The notes under the pieces are model-generated. The model did no database searches. It had not been told where the DNA came from and was given only the letters and a program-made list of their open reading frames with translations. This document shows, one piece after another, positions 35,462 through 45,900 of a stretch of DNA of 64,000 nt. Within the stretch, counting starts at the first letter, position 1. The number at the start of each line of letters is the position of its first letter. The position numbers were made by a program, and so were the translations under genes. Source of the DNA: an uncultured Elusimicrobia bacterium (lineage in GTDB: Bacteria > Elusimicrobiota > Elusimicrobia > 2-02-FULL-39-32); NCBI GenBank assembly GCA_964523525.1, contig CAZFYO010000002.1:133038-197037 (forward strand), in the 5' to 3' direction.

Positions 35462-38400
35462 ATAATTCGGTTGGCCTTCCAGCTGTTTTCTAGCGTTGCG
35501 GGGTTCAGTGTTTCAGCGGCATTGATTCGAAGGTTGCCAGTAGCGTCATCATAGGAAATCGCGCCTCTTTCACTATCGCTGAGATTGAGCTGTTCTAAAA
35601 TGGACCGGAGCATCCTCGCCGCCTGCGGACCTCTGAGGTTGATGGTTTTGCCGACGTCCAAGATCATGGCGACCCCTTCGATGTCCCACTTTGCCGCATT
35701 TTGGGTCAGGACCTGGATAACCAGGTTTGCTTTGGAGTGATACTGAGCCGCAATGCGGCCCGCTTGAGCCATGGCGTCGGCGGGAGTGTGATAGAGGATC
35801 ACGAAATCTTCGGGAAGCCCGGTGCCTTTTGAAATTTGTCCTTTCAACTGTTCGGCTTCGACTTCGGAAAGAGAAATCTGCGAAACGTCGAACGCCATGA
35901 ACATACGGCCTCGGCTTTCGGGATCGTCCCGATCTTGAAGAAGAGCGAGATAGTGATCGGCAAGCGCCGGAATCGCGGCAGAGATCCCCGAGGGCGAGCG
36001 CTGCGGCGCGCCGCTGTCGACCAGGAGGATCCGTGTTTCATTGAGATGTGACTCCGTCACGGCGGACAGGATTCTACCTTCGATCTTAGGCATCGGCATT
36101 TGCCTGGGAGAGAGAGCCGTTGAATCACCCTGGATATTGCGGACCGTAGCTTTAGATGCGAAGCCGGACAAAGCCAAACCAACAGCAGCAGTCCAAGAAC
36201 CCGGTCCCGAAATCAATACTACCGCCTGGCGCGGTAACAAGGCGGCAAATCGAGCGTTCTGAAGGGCCCCCATCCATTGGACCTTTGAGAAATACCGGGT
36301 AAGGGCATCCCTGCTCAATAATCCCCCGACCGCAGCCGCGCCTGCGGTGAATGCGATGGTCCCTCGTCCGGTTCCAACTGAGTGAACTTCTTCAAATTTG
36401 GAAAAGAGCGCTCCCACCACTGGAAGGACCTCAAGCAGTCGCCCAGCGCCGGCGAAGGAGGAGACGACATCCAGAGCCAGTTTTTCAGGAGCAACCGCAA
36501 GTCCCGAAGCCAGTTCGCCGAGCAGCTGCTGGGCGAGCTGATTCTGCCCGCCGACTGACAAGCCATGCCAGATGTCCGGGGCACCAGCAACGCCTGCAAA
36601 ACCCATAGCGGCAGCACTCAACGACGCAAACAGAACGAGAGGTTTGAATATGGAATGCGCGCGAACCGACAAAAAGGTTGCGGCGCCCGTTACAGCCGGC
36701 GCCGATTTCATTTCTCCAGAGTCCTTGATGTTCGCAGACGCGTTGATCCGCTGATGAACAACCGCGAGTATCGCGAAGGGGACTGCGGAATTCTGCATTC
36801 CCAGAACGGGGACCAATCCAGCAGCCAATCCCGAGAGTGCCGAAACCACAAGCACGTCTCGGCTGATCAGGACTTTCCAGTTCCAGCCGGAAACGTCAAA
36901 GACGGAGGAGCCGCTCCGCCTTTCCTGAACGACGCGGATTATATGGGAACTCAAAAGAGTGGACGCGGCGGCGATACCAAAGGAATGCCCCGCGGCATCT
37001 ACACCGAGCAACATCGCAAGCCAGGCGGGTAATGCGATCAGCAAGGTTTCGGCTAGCCAGGCGATCTCACGGTACTGCATGAAGCCGAATCTCTGGCCGG
37101 GTTTGAAAATCATTCCGCCACCCTTCGCTGACTTGAACGGGTTTGGAGTCCCGATCTTTTCAAAAAACTGATCCGCATTTTCAAACTCCGTAATTGGATA
37201 GCCGATCCAGGGCTTACCGGGATCAACAAGTTCCAAATACTCCGGCGGAATTTCCGTGCCTTTGAAATCACCCGCAAAATCGTAAAGCTCTCCGCCGCGG
37301 ACCCTGTTTTCCAGGATAGTGGGAGCGTCTTTTTTGACTCGCAGCCACAGGTAAGGAATATTCCACCGTGTACTCCCTTCGTAAGGCGAGTTTTGAATCG
37401 TTCCCAAATAAAACCGCGAGTCCCAAAAAAAGATCCTGTCCGGACGTTCGCCGCCCTGCGTGTGGCGCACACTTAATCCGTGTTCCTTGATCGAATTGAA
37501 ATCTCCCTTCGACTGGTGGAAAACGTACTGGTCGAGAGAGCGTTTGCTCTCCAGGACCGGCGTCATGGACCTCAGCAGGTCCAGGCCCCGAGGATCGGCA
37601 CCGACCAGATCTCCAGCGGTTTCGATGGCTTGCAGTTTGCCCATCAATTTCGCGTGGATATTCTGAAGCCTGCTCTCCACAGCCGGGGAAGTGATTTTTT
37701 TGAAATCGGTCCGCCGCCCCTCCCTCCGATCGAACTCATCGCGGTTTTGCCTCAAAGTGGGAATGGTCCAGCCCGTGCCGTAATATATATGATCGTCGTA
37801 TGTTTCCATGTAGGCGAGAAAATACAGTGTCCTGCGGGCAGCTTCTACCTCGTATGGATCGCCATAGGTCAAGATCCGCTGAATGCTTCGGTCCATAAGC
37901 CGGCCAATAACCCGCTCTAATACCGGGAGCAAAGCCGCGGGCTGCTCCGACTGGGCGATCAGGTATTTCCGGTACAGATTGAGCAGGAGGTGCTGCGCTC
38001 CAACCGTAGGTTGGGATAGCAGAGCGAATATCTGCTCTTCCCAGGCCGTGAGATCCTCCGGCATTGCCCCTATGAACCTCAGCACGTCCGCGGCGGCCTT
38101 CTCGTCCGCCGAATATTCCGCACCGAAAGGCAGCGTCGGGACATGTTCGAAATCAGGGATAACCGCGGCCGGAGATACGGGCGCAGCGTAATCGCTTTCC
38201 CGCAGAGCCGGAACGAGGGACGGGTCCACCGCGTTTTCATATATTTTCACGTATTGTGGAACCAATTCGTTCCAGGACTTTGGCGCGGACATGGCGCGGC
38301 GCTGCATGCCGGAGAAACCCTGCGACTGCTCTCTGTACAAAGCCAGAGCCTGCGTCAGGGCTCGAACATACGCGCGCTCCTGCGCCTGCGGATCCATGCT

Positions 38401-41400
38401 CGCGGAGCCGAATTTAAAGCCAGTACTTTCGACCAGGCTCTGCGCGGGATCAATGATGGTGTCAACCAGACCTCCCACCGCGCGGGCGATCGGGATCGCG
38501 CCGTAGCGCATCGCCTGCTGCTGCGCAATGCCGCCCGGCTCAAACAGGGACGGAATAAGGAAGATATCGCTTGCGGCGAAGATGCGACGCGCCACGATCG
38601 GATCAAAGCGGTTGATGAATACGACGCTTCCGGGATAGCGGATCGCCAGCCTCTGAAAGGCCTGCTCATATTTTTTTTCATCGGCGTTGGCGGTCCCCAA
38701 AATCACCAACTGCGCGCCGCTGTCAACCGCTTCCTGTACGTGGTTCAAAATCGTCTCCATGCCCTTTTGATATGTGAGCCGCGTCACCACCGCCAGAAGG
38801 GGCTTGCTCGCATCCTCTTCCAGATAGCCATAGCGCTTGCTCGCTGGGTCATTGGAGGGGCTGGAGTACCTGGCCTGCAGGGTCATCTTGTTTCGCGCCT
38901 TTTGATTAAATTTCTCGTCCGCGTCAAAAGGACTGTAGCCATCCTCATTCAAGACCGGATCGCTCTGAGGATCCCAGCTCACTATGTCTATACCGTTCAC
39001 AATGCCGGCAAAATCTCCGTCACGTGCCCGAAGCAGCCCATCGAGGCCCGTCTCAAAGTCGCCCGAAAGGATTTCATTGCGATACGAAGGGCTGACGGTA
39101 ACCAGCTTGTCGGCATAATACAAGCCGCCCTTGATCAGGCTGATATCGCCGTAATATTCGATCCCCTCCATATTGTTGACAGAAGCTGGCAACCCCATCG
39201 CTTCAAGCTCTTCAAACCAGCCGGAGGGAAACTTTCCCTGATAATCGTGTCCGATATTGTGGATCGTGAAAACGGTCGCCGGTATCTGCTCGCCGGGTTT
39301 GGCGGTCATTTTTAGAAATGGCGAGACGAGGCCCGTAACCCAGTCGTGACTATTGACCACATCGGGATCGAGGTTCAGGACCCGGATGGCTTCAACCGCA
39401 GCCCGGGAAAAGAGCGCTGCTTCCATGAACGCCTCCCGCCGGTCAGGATGGTAACCTTGACGAAAATATTTTCCGTTGGCCAGCAGATAAACCGTGACCC
39501 CGTCGGATTCCGCCTGAAGGATCCGGAAACGGACGAAGCCGCGGGCCGTCTTAACGCTGACGATTTTTCCGGTGTCTTTCGCGCGTCGTTCCAGCGCATC
39601 ATGGTGTCCGGGCAGGACTATCGATACGTTATGACCCGCCTCGCGCATGGCCATGGGAAGCTCTTTAATGAAGTCGCCGACGCCGCCCACCTTAAAAAAT
39701 CCGCCCATTTCATATGCGACATGTACGATTCGGCCCTGACCATTCTTCAACCGCTCAACCCGCTGATGCGCGCTTTCGAAGGGGCGTTCAGCCTGCTTTG
39801 GAAATACCGCGGCATGCGCCCAATCCAAAAGCTCTTTCTGACGAATGGCTTCAGCTCCGGGGACACGCTTGGAATCGATCAAAGCATCATGAGCGTCATC
39901 ATAATCAGCGCCTGGCCTCATCAAGAACTCGCGTAGCAACAGCTCCCTTTCAACGAGAGTTTGGATAAGCCTCAGCCTCGTGGCATCCTCTTCCTTGAGG
40001 AGGGAATCAAGGATGATCTTATTAATTGAAAATATTGCCTGTCCGCTATCCTTGACCACGAACGGAGCCAGGAGGAAATTATCCGGCCCCTCGATCAGTT
40101 CCCGTCCTTCGTGAACTCTAACGTCAACGTGGAGAATCCCCAGATTCGCCATGCGTTCGCTATTCGATTCGAACAAACGCCGAATTGATTCCAATACCGT
40201 CATTTCTTCAGTACTTAGTTCTGAGGGCACAGACTGCTGAAGCCAATCCGAAATGAGATTTTCAAAAAATTGCCGGAGCTGATCCGGAAATAACGATTCG
40301 AATTCCCTGACAAACCCGATGGAACCAGCCGCCGCCAATCTTTCCTTCAGAGAACCGTCAGCATCATCAATCATGTTCATGGATCTAAAAAATCTGGACC
40401 ACGGCACAAGAGTTAGAGAATACCGCATGATGAGCAGCTGGACCAACTGCTCCAGAGTCCCGACGTGCAGCGCTCCCTGGGTGGCGCGGGGCGCAGATGG
40501 GAGAGGCGCGATGGCTCGAGGCTCCTGTATTTGCGAGCGCGCACCGAGCAAGCTGCCCTCATCCGCCATGGCTGCGGGATATAATTCCACGCGGGGACCG
40601 TTTGCAGAGGCGCGGTATCCAGCGCTATGCAAAAAGTCGAGCAACTCGGCTCGCTGTCCCGGAGAAAAGCGGCTCATATCCAGAGACCTTACGTAGTCTT
40701 CAAAACGTTTTTCTCCGACGGTCAATTCCTGAAGCCGGCCCGTATTGCCCCCCGTGCGGATTGTGGCGGCAAGCTGAAGCAGCAGTTCGGGCGCGCTGGC
40801 CTGATCCATCATCGCCGCCATTTGACGTAGCGTGCCCATCGCAGCCTTGACCGTTTCCCCCCAGCCCGCCGACACGACGGAATCGGGGCCCGGCGTCCCC
40901 TCGGCGAATTTCATGACAAAGTTGACTCGAGCTTGATCGCCCTGGAACGACCCCAAAAGGCTGGATGCATCGCCCGTTTTGAATGGACCGAAGAAAACTG
41001 CCCGGCTTCTCAGGAAATGGAGGATGTCTTTCGGCAGAGGGGCTGCGGACGAAATGGTCGCGGGAAGATTCCTTAAGTTATGGGCATATGTGGAAAGCAG
41101 AGATTCCGTATTTTTCGGATCGAAACGCCGGACGGCCGCGACAGGGCCACGTGTCTCCGACAAGCCTTGCGTGTTGGACAGGCTTGGCCTTATCACACAG
41201 TACGGTATCTGACTCCGCCTCAGCTCAGCGACGATTCCAGAGGTATGGAATCCACCCGCCACCAGAACCACCCGTCCCGCTTTCTGATTTTTCGCTAACT
41301 TTACGGCGTTTTCCGCCAGGACGACATCCCGCTGATGAGCCCGCTCAAAATATTTTTGAACATATTCGGAATGGCTTTGAGTCAACGCGATTAATTTTTT

Positions 41401-42882
41401 CCATTGCCCCTCGGTCCCAATGGGATGCGTGCGTCCCGCATCTTGTTCCAAAGCATCAAACGCGGCGCGAAACTCATGCCAGCCCATCGCATGCTGTTCG
41501 TCCCTATAGCCCGCCCAATCCGCAGGCGACATCTCAAGCAGCCAGAGTTTTTCCTGAGTTTTCAGCCACCGCTCCAGTTCGAGAACCCGCCCAGCCAAAG
41601 CGCCCTCACCGCTCAAATCCCGCTGCGCCGCAAGCGTCAGAATCTTCAGGCTATCCTGAAGATTCTCAAGCGTGATGCCGTCTGCCTTCTTCAGGTATTC
41701 CACGTAGCGCGACGTATGAGGCAAATCAACAGAGTGGGTTCTTCCAAAATGGATAAATGCTCCATAATATTCGAGAGGACCCACCGAGCCCAGCCTGAAT
41801 TGGATACTGATAGCGGCGAGCCGCGAAAGGGCGTCTGAGCTGGCGCGGGTCTGCAGCTCCTTTATAAAAAAATTGCGCTCCTCCTCCATTTTTTCTTTGA
41901 TGAAAGATGATTCCATCATGCGAAGATCATCCACCGCTTTCAGCGTTGGCCCTGCCGCTGCGTTCCATACCCCGGGAGCAGCGGACTTCAAATAAGACAG
42001 ATAAGAATTGAGGGACAATTCGTTCTTTTCAAACCGTTTCAACTGTTTGTCCAAGGCCAATAGTTCGTGCGGATAGGCGCGGGACTTCAACCCGTCGATT
42101 TCTGAAAGAAGAGAACGGATGTTTAATCCCCCGGGCTGGCCGGCGGGATGCGCGGGACCGCTGGCGCCGACGATACGGTTTTGAACCGTGAAAATATTTT
42201 TTTGCAATGCGACGTTTTCACGGTACAGAGCCTCGTTTTCAACTCCCTCCACGTCTATGAATCCGGCCCCTTCGAGGATACTGAGATATTCCTCGCCGCT
42301 GATTTTCGCGCGCGCCAGAAGGTCCTCGGCCAGAGATTTCCGTATATTCTTATCGGGAAAAGCGTGCAGCCATTCCAGATCCACGCTCTTCCAGGCGCCT
42401 TCCACACCCACGACAAGCGGAGCCGCTGGCGAACCCGCGCGATCGGACTGGCGCTTCAGATATTGGAGGATAACCGCAAGATTGCGCTGCGCATGCAGAT
42501 AACCATGAGCGTCCTGAACATGGATAACCATCGGAGTTTTATCGGAGGCAGAAGGCCAGTATGTGTCGATAACTTGACCGGCGCCTGGAGGAATTTGCAG
42601 GCCCACCCCTTCCGCAAAGAGGCCGGGGACGGGTTGGGTCAGAAGATTCGCGTCTGTGGATGAACCCGACTTCGAGTCCATGCCGCTGATCGTTTCTAAT
42701 GCCTTGCGGCGTTCAGACCAGAGTGATGCCTGCGCCAGCGGTGGAGCCGCAGACGAAAAGACCAGGGAAAAACAGACGATGAATGTCGCCCCCCTGGACG
42801 CAAATGACAAATGATGTTTTCTGTTGTTTCCCATACGAATCAGCGGATATGCCGTCAGGCGCATGCCGCCCGATATCGGCAC
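35446..42882 (-). CDS. giant multidomain membrane protein 2 (2478 aa). It has a signal anchor, a paralogous N-terminal domain, an embedded GT5 glycogen/starch-synthase domain and a C-terminal polytopic TM cluster
   Basis: Uninterrupted 7.4-kb ORF. Candidate starts are GTG 42882, ATG 42864 and ATG 42834. Only 29 nt separate it from the stop of giant gene 3. Confidence 0.85.
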   Translation of the reverse strand: MPISGGMRLTAYPLIRMGNNRKHHLSFASRGATFIVCFSLVFSSAAPPLAQASLWSERRKALETISGMDSKSGSSTDANLLTQPVPGLFAEGVGLQIPPGAGQVIDTYWPSASDKTPMVIHVQDAHGYLHAQRNLAVILQYLKRQSDRAGSPAAPLVVGVEGAWKSVDLEWLHAFPDKNIRKSLAEDLLARAKISGEEYLSILEGAGFIDVEGVENEALYRENVALQKNIFTVQNRIVGASGPAHPAGQPGGLNIRSLLSEIDGLKSRAYPHELLALDKQLKRFEKNELSLNSYLSYLKSAAPGVWNAAAGPTLKAVDDLRMMESSFIKEKMEEERNFFIKELQTRASSDALSRLAAISIQFRLGSVGPLEYYGAFIHFGRTHSVDLPHTSRYVEYLKKADGITLENLQDSLKILTLAAQRDLSGEGALAGRVLELERWLKTQEKLWLLEMSPADWAGYRDEQHAMGWHEFRAAFDALEQDAGRTHPIGTEGQWKKLIALTQSHSEYVQKYFERAHQRDVVLAENAVKLAKNQKAGRVVLVAGGFHTSGIVAELRRSQIPYCVIRPSLSNTQGLSETRGPVAAVRRFDPKNTESLLSTYAHNLRNLPATISSAAPLPKDILHFLRSRAVFFGPFKTGDASSLLGSFQGDQARVNFVMKFAEGTPGPDSVVSAGWGETVKAAMGTLRQMAAMMDQASAPELLLQLAATIRTGGNTGRLQELTVGEKRFEDYVRSLDMSRFSPGQRAELLDFLHSAGYRASANGPRVELYPAAMADEGSLLGARSQIQEPRAIAPLPSAPRATQGALHVGTLEQLVQLLIMRYSLTLVPWSRFFRSMNMIDDADGSLKERLAAAGSIGFVREFESLFPDQLRQFFENLISDWLQQSVPSELSTEEMTVLESIRRLFESNSERMANLGILHVDVRVHEGRELIEGPDNFLLAPFVVKDSGQAIFSINKIILDSLLKEEDATRLRLIQTLVERELLLREFLMRPGADYDDAHDALIDSKRVPGAEAIRQKELLDWAHAAVFPKQAERPFESAHQRVERLKNGQGRIVHVAYEMGGFFKVGGVGDFIKELPMAMREAGHNVSIVLPGHHDALERRAKDTGKIVSVKTARGFVRFRILQAESDGVTVYLLANGKYFRQGYHPDRREAFMEAALFSRAAVEAIRVLNLDPDVVNSHDWVTGLVSPFLKMTAKPGEQIPATVFTIHNIGHDYQGKFPSGWFEELEAMGLPASVNNMEGIEYYGDISLIKGGLYYADKLVTVSPSYRNEILSGDFETGLDGLLRARDGDFAGIVNGIDIVSWDPQSDPVLNEDGYSPFDADEKFNQKARNKMTLQARYSSPSNDPASKRYGYLEEDASKPLLAVVTRLTYQKGMETILNHVQEAVDSGAQLVILGTANADEKKYEQAFQRLAIRYPGSVVFINRFDPIVARRIFAASDIFLIPSLFEPGGIAQQQAMRYGAIPIARAVGGLVDTIIDPAQSLVESTGFKFGSASMDPQAQERAYVRALTQALALYREQSQGFSGMQRRAMSAPKSWNELVPQYVKIYENAVDPSLVPALRESDYAAPVSPAAVIPDFEHVPTLPFGAEYSADEKAAADVLRFIGAMPEDLTAWEEQIFALLSQPTVGAQHLLLNLYRKYLIAQSEQPAALLPVLERVIGRLMDRSIQRILTYGDPYEVEAARRTLYFLAYMETYDDHIYYGTGWTIPTLRQNRDEFDRREGRRTDFKKITSPAVESRLQNIHAKLMGKLQAIETAGDLVGADPRGLDLLRSMTPVLESKRSLDQYVFHQSKGDFNSIKEHGLSVRHTQGGERPDRIFFWDSRFYLGTIQNSPYEGSTRWNIPYLWLRVKKDAPTILENRVRGGELYDFAGDFKGTEIPPEYLELVDPGKPWIGYPITEFENADQFFEKIGTPNPFKSAKGGGMIFKPGQRFGFMQYREIAWLAETLLIALPAWLAMLLGVDAAGHSFGIAAASTLLSSHIIRVVQERRSGSSVFDVSGWNWKVLISRDVLVVSALSGLAAGLVPVLGMQNSAVPFAILAVVHQRINASANIKDSGEMKSAPAVTGAATFLSVRAHSIFKPLVLFASLSAAAMGFAGVAGAPDIWHGLSVGGQNQLAQQLLGELASGLAVAPEKLALDVVSSFAGAGRLLEVLPVVGALFSKFEEVHSVGTGRGTIAFTAGAAAVGGLLSRDALTRYFSKVQWMGALQNARFAALLPRQAVVLISGPGSWTAAVGLALSGFASKATVRNIQGDSTALSPRQMPMPKIEGRILSAVTESHLNETRILLVDSGAPQRSPSGISAAIPALADHYLALLQDRDDPESRGRMFMAFDVSQISLSEVEAEQLKGQISKGTGLPEDFVILYHTPADAMAQAGRIAAQYHSKANLVIQVLTQNAAKWDIEGVAMILDVGKTINLRGPQAARMLRSILEQLNLSDSERGAISYDDATGNLRINAAETLNPATLENSWKANRIIWVSA
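38217..39735 (-). other. GT5 glycogen/starch synthase (GlgA-like) catalytic domain inside giant protein 2
   Basis: The N-terminal signature is VAYEMGGFFKVGGVGDFIKELP at 39661-39720 (KxGGL-type). The C-terminal Rossmann half reads …VTRLTYQKG…ILGTANADEKKYEQ…FLIPSLFEPGGIAQQQAMRYGAIPIARAVGGLVDTI. Confidence 0.8.
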
Positions 42883-42911
42883 GCGCCCTTAGGCCCCCAA
42901 ACTCTCAATAT

Positions 42912-45900
42912 TTATGCCTGACGCAGTATGACGCTGTTCGCCTTGATGTCTTCAAGGAGCGCATCGCTCGCTTTGATTTTGAAGACGGCGCTCAGGGAAT
43001 ACCACAGGACGAACATGATCTGATCCAGGTCCATTCCTGTCAGGTCAATCATGCTCGGATCGTCCGTCATCACCCTTTGGCCTTGATTCAAAATCAGCGG
43101 CCGCCCGCTGATTTGCATGACCTCGAGGAAACCCTTGACGTACAGTCTCCCATAATTCAGATCCATCACCTGCTTACCCCCGACCACCTGTTTCAGAACC
43201 TTATCATTGGTGTGAATCACCCGCACCCTCCCTTCATTCAGGGCGAGCAACAGGTTGTCCAGCCCGGGGCTCAGAACTCCCAGATTTCGCTGGTCGGAGA
43301 TCTTCTGTCTCAGGACCTGTTTGAGCTCGGCTAACGCGCCAGCCGAATTCCCCTTAATATCAACGATCATCTGTCCGGTCCGCTTCAGCGATCCATCGCC
43401 GATTTCAAGGCCGACTGATTCCAGGTACCCCTCGCTGTAAATGCGCCGGCCGCGAGCGATAATAATGCGATTGGCGAAGTCGGAATCTTTGCCCAACGCA
43501 TGGGGTAAAAGCTTTCCAGCCATCGCAGCGACTGCCATGAATGCGCGAGGCCAATCTTTACCGATCTTTACGCCGGAGACTGACGCCTCCCTTTCATGGC
43601 TCGCAATCAATATTTCGGCAACGCGCCGCGATGCGTCCGGATTGCCGGACCCGAACGTTCCTGCCGTCATCGCGAAAGAAACGGAATCCGCGAAAAAGCC
43701 GGTCTCGGAACGATCCTGGCGCAAGCGTTCACGGCGCTCGGAGATGATGGACTGCAGGGCCCTGACTGCCACGGCGGCCCGCTCCGCATCCTGCGGGCTT
43801 ACGAGCGCAACGTTGCCCTGGGTCACGACCCGGATCGCTATTTGAATGTCTTTGTCCGTAACGACGCTTTGGGTCTCACCCTCCAGGCCGACGCTCATCC
43901 CGCTCACCAACGATAGCAATCCGTAATTCATGATATGGCGGCTCAACGGCTCCGCGGTGGAGCGATCCATTCCGGACGAGATCAAATCGTCCAGGATCCC
44001 CGTAACGGACGGGAGATCCGTCAATTCCGGCTGGACGGGAGATCGGCCTGTGACAAAATTCCGGAGGCGGCCGAGCCCTTGATAAAGCGCGTCACGGAAA
44101 CCGACCGCGCCCACGAAGCCACCAACCAAATACCCCTGCTCAGTCCCGAGTGACGCGGAGACATCAGTTCCGGAACCTCCGAAACCCAAATATTGCATTA
44201 TGAGCGCGGTAATAGCTACAAACGGGAGAGCCAATACAACGATAGGCAGGATATCCCCCAGGCGGGATAGGACTCCGGGGCGAGTCCCGTCATTTTCATC
44301 CTGATTCCAACTCAGCGATGACTCGTCAACCTCAACCGCCGCGTGAATATCCCAAAACTTGAGCGACTGGCCCATGTAGTAGACAAAATAGGGAACAGTC
44401 CACCAGTGCGCATTTTTCCGAACGCGGGTGGACGAGGTGTCCATCATTTGCCGCACGTTCACGATATTAGAGATGCCCGATCTGTCTCTTAATGCCTGTA
44501 GTTCCCCGGGCTTAAATTCCTCGCCGGCCCGCTCAATGAATATGACGCCCATTGACTCTCCATCGTACCCGTCCAATTTTGACTCCATTTTGTCCTTGAG
44601 CTTTTTGGTTGTATCGGGCTGGATATTTCCGTTTTTAGTGACCTCCCAATAGCGATGATCCGACCCTACCATATAGGACCACTCCACGTTCACACCCCGG
44701 TTAAAGCTCATCAATCTGAAAATGCTCGTCTCTCCATCGGCATCCCGAAGATCGTCCTCCTCTTTGGCGATGGGCGAGTACTCAATGAAGGGCTCAAACG
44801 CCTTCAGCAGCTCGAGCGTGACCGCCTCTCGGATCGACAGGGTGCTCAAACCCGGTTTTCTTGTCGGGTCGCTGTTATCGATCATCACGACCACTTTATC
44901 GAGCTTATGCTCAGCAATCGACATGAGAGCAATGTGCCCCATCTGCCAGGGATCACCCTTCATTGGATAAAAGCCGATGCGGCCGGGTCGTCCGCCCTGA
45001 GTTTTGATCGATGCCCCGGTCTCGTCACCACGGCTCAACTTGATCTTTACAGCGTTCGGATCGGTCTCGCCACTTTTCACGTTGGCCTCGATTTTGTCGA
45101 CCGCCGCCAGCAGAGGCCCATAAATCTCATTTTCTATTTCTCTGACTATGCGGTCGTATTCCCAAATATTACTTTCCGCGTCAGGCACGGGATTCGCGGC
45201 GACATACTTTTCGGCGTACGCCAATGCCCATTCGCGCGAACGGAGCAGGTTTTCCCGCACACGCGCCACAGCTGCCAGTGCGTCGTCCGGTTCCTCCGGC
45301 CTGCGCGTCATCACGTTTGCGCGCCTCATCCCTTCCCGAGCCAGCTCAGCTCCCCGCTGGAAGAGCATGTTTCTGATTTCGAGCAGACCGGCGCGTACCG
45401 CGCTGACAGAACCGCTGTCAAAATATCGGCGCATCAGGCTCCTGTCCACCGCGTTCATTTGGGGACCGTACATGTCGGGAGACAAATTCCGCAAGTCCCG
45501 AGAAAGAGATTGGACCACATCGGTATCAGCCAGATTCTCAGAGGAAATCCTGTCCGCCAGGTCGTTCACGAAAGGATCTACGGCTGCGACGCGTTTGGCT
45601 GCGCCAATATCCCAAAACTGGATATTTTGGGCCATAAAATATATGGGAGCCGGCACCGTCCACCAATGCCTCTGCTTGCGAACGCGGGTCGCGGAGGTAA
45701 TATTCACGCCCTTGGGCTTAATGTTGTATATTTCTGATATTCCTGAGCGATTCCTCAGCTCCTGAAGAGTCAGCTCAATTTTTCCTCCCGCTTCAGCCCT
45801 TTCCCGGTCCTCATGAGTAAGGCTTTGCTTAAATTCATCACCGGTCCTTTCGAGGAAGATGATCCCCATGGGCTCACCTTCTCGGCCCTCCCGGCCATAG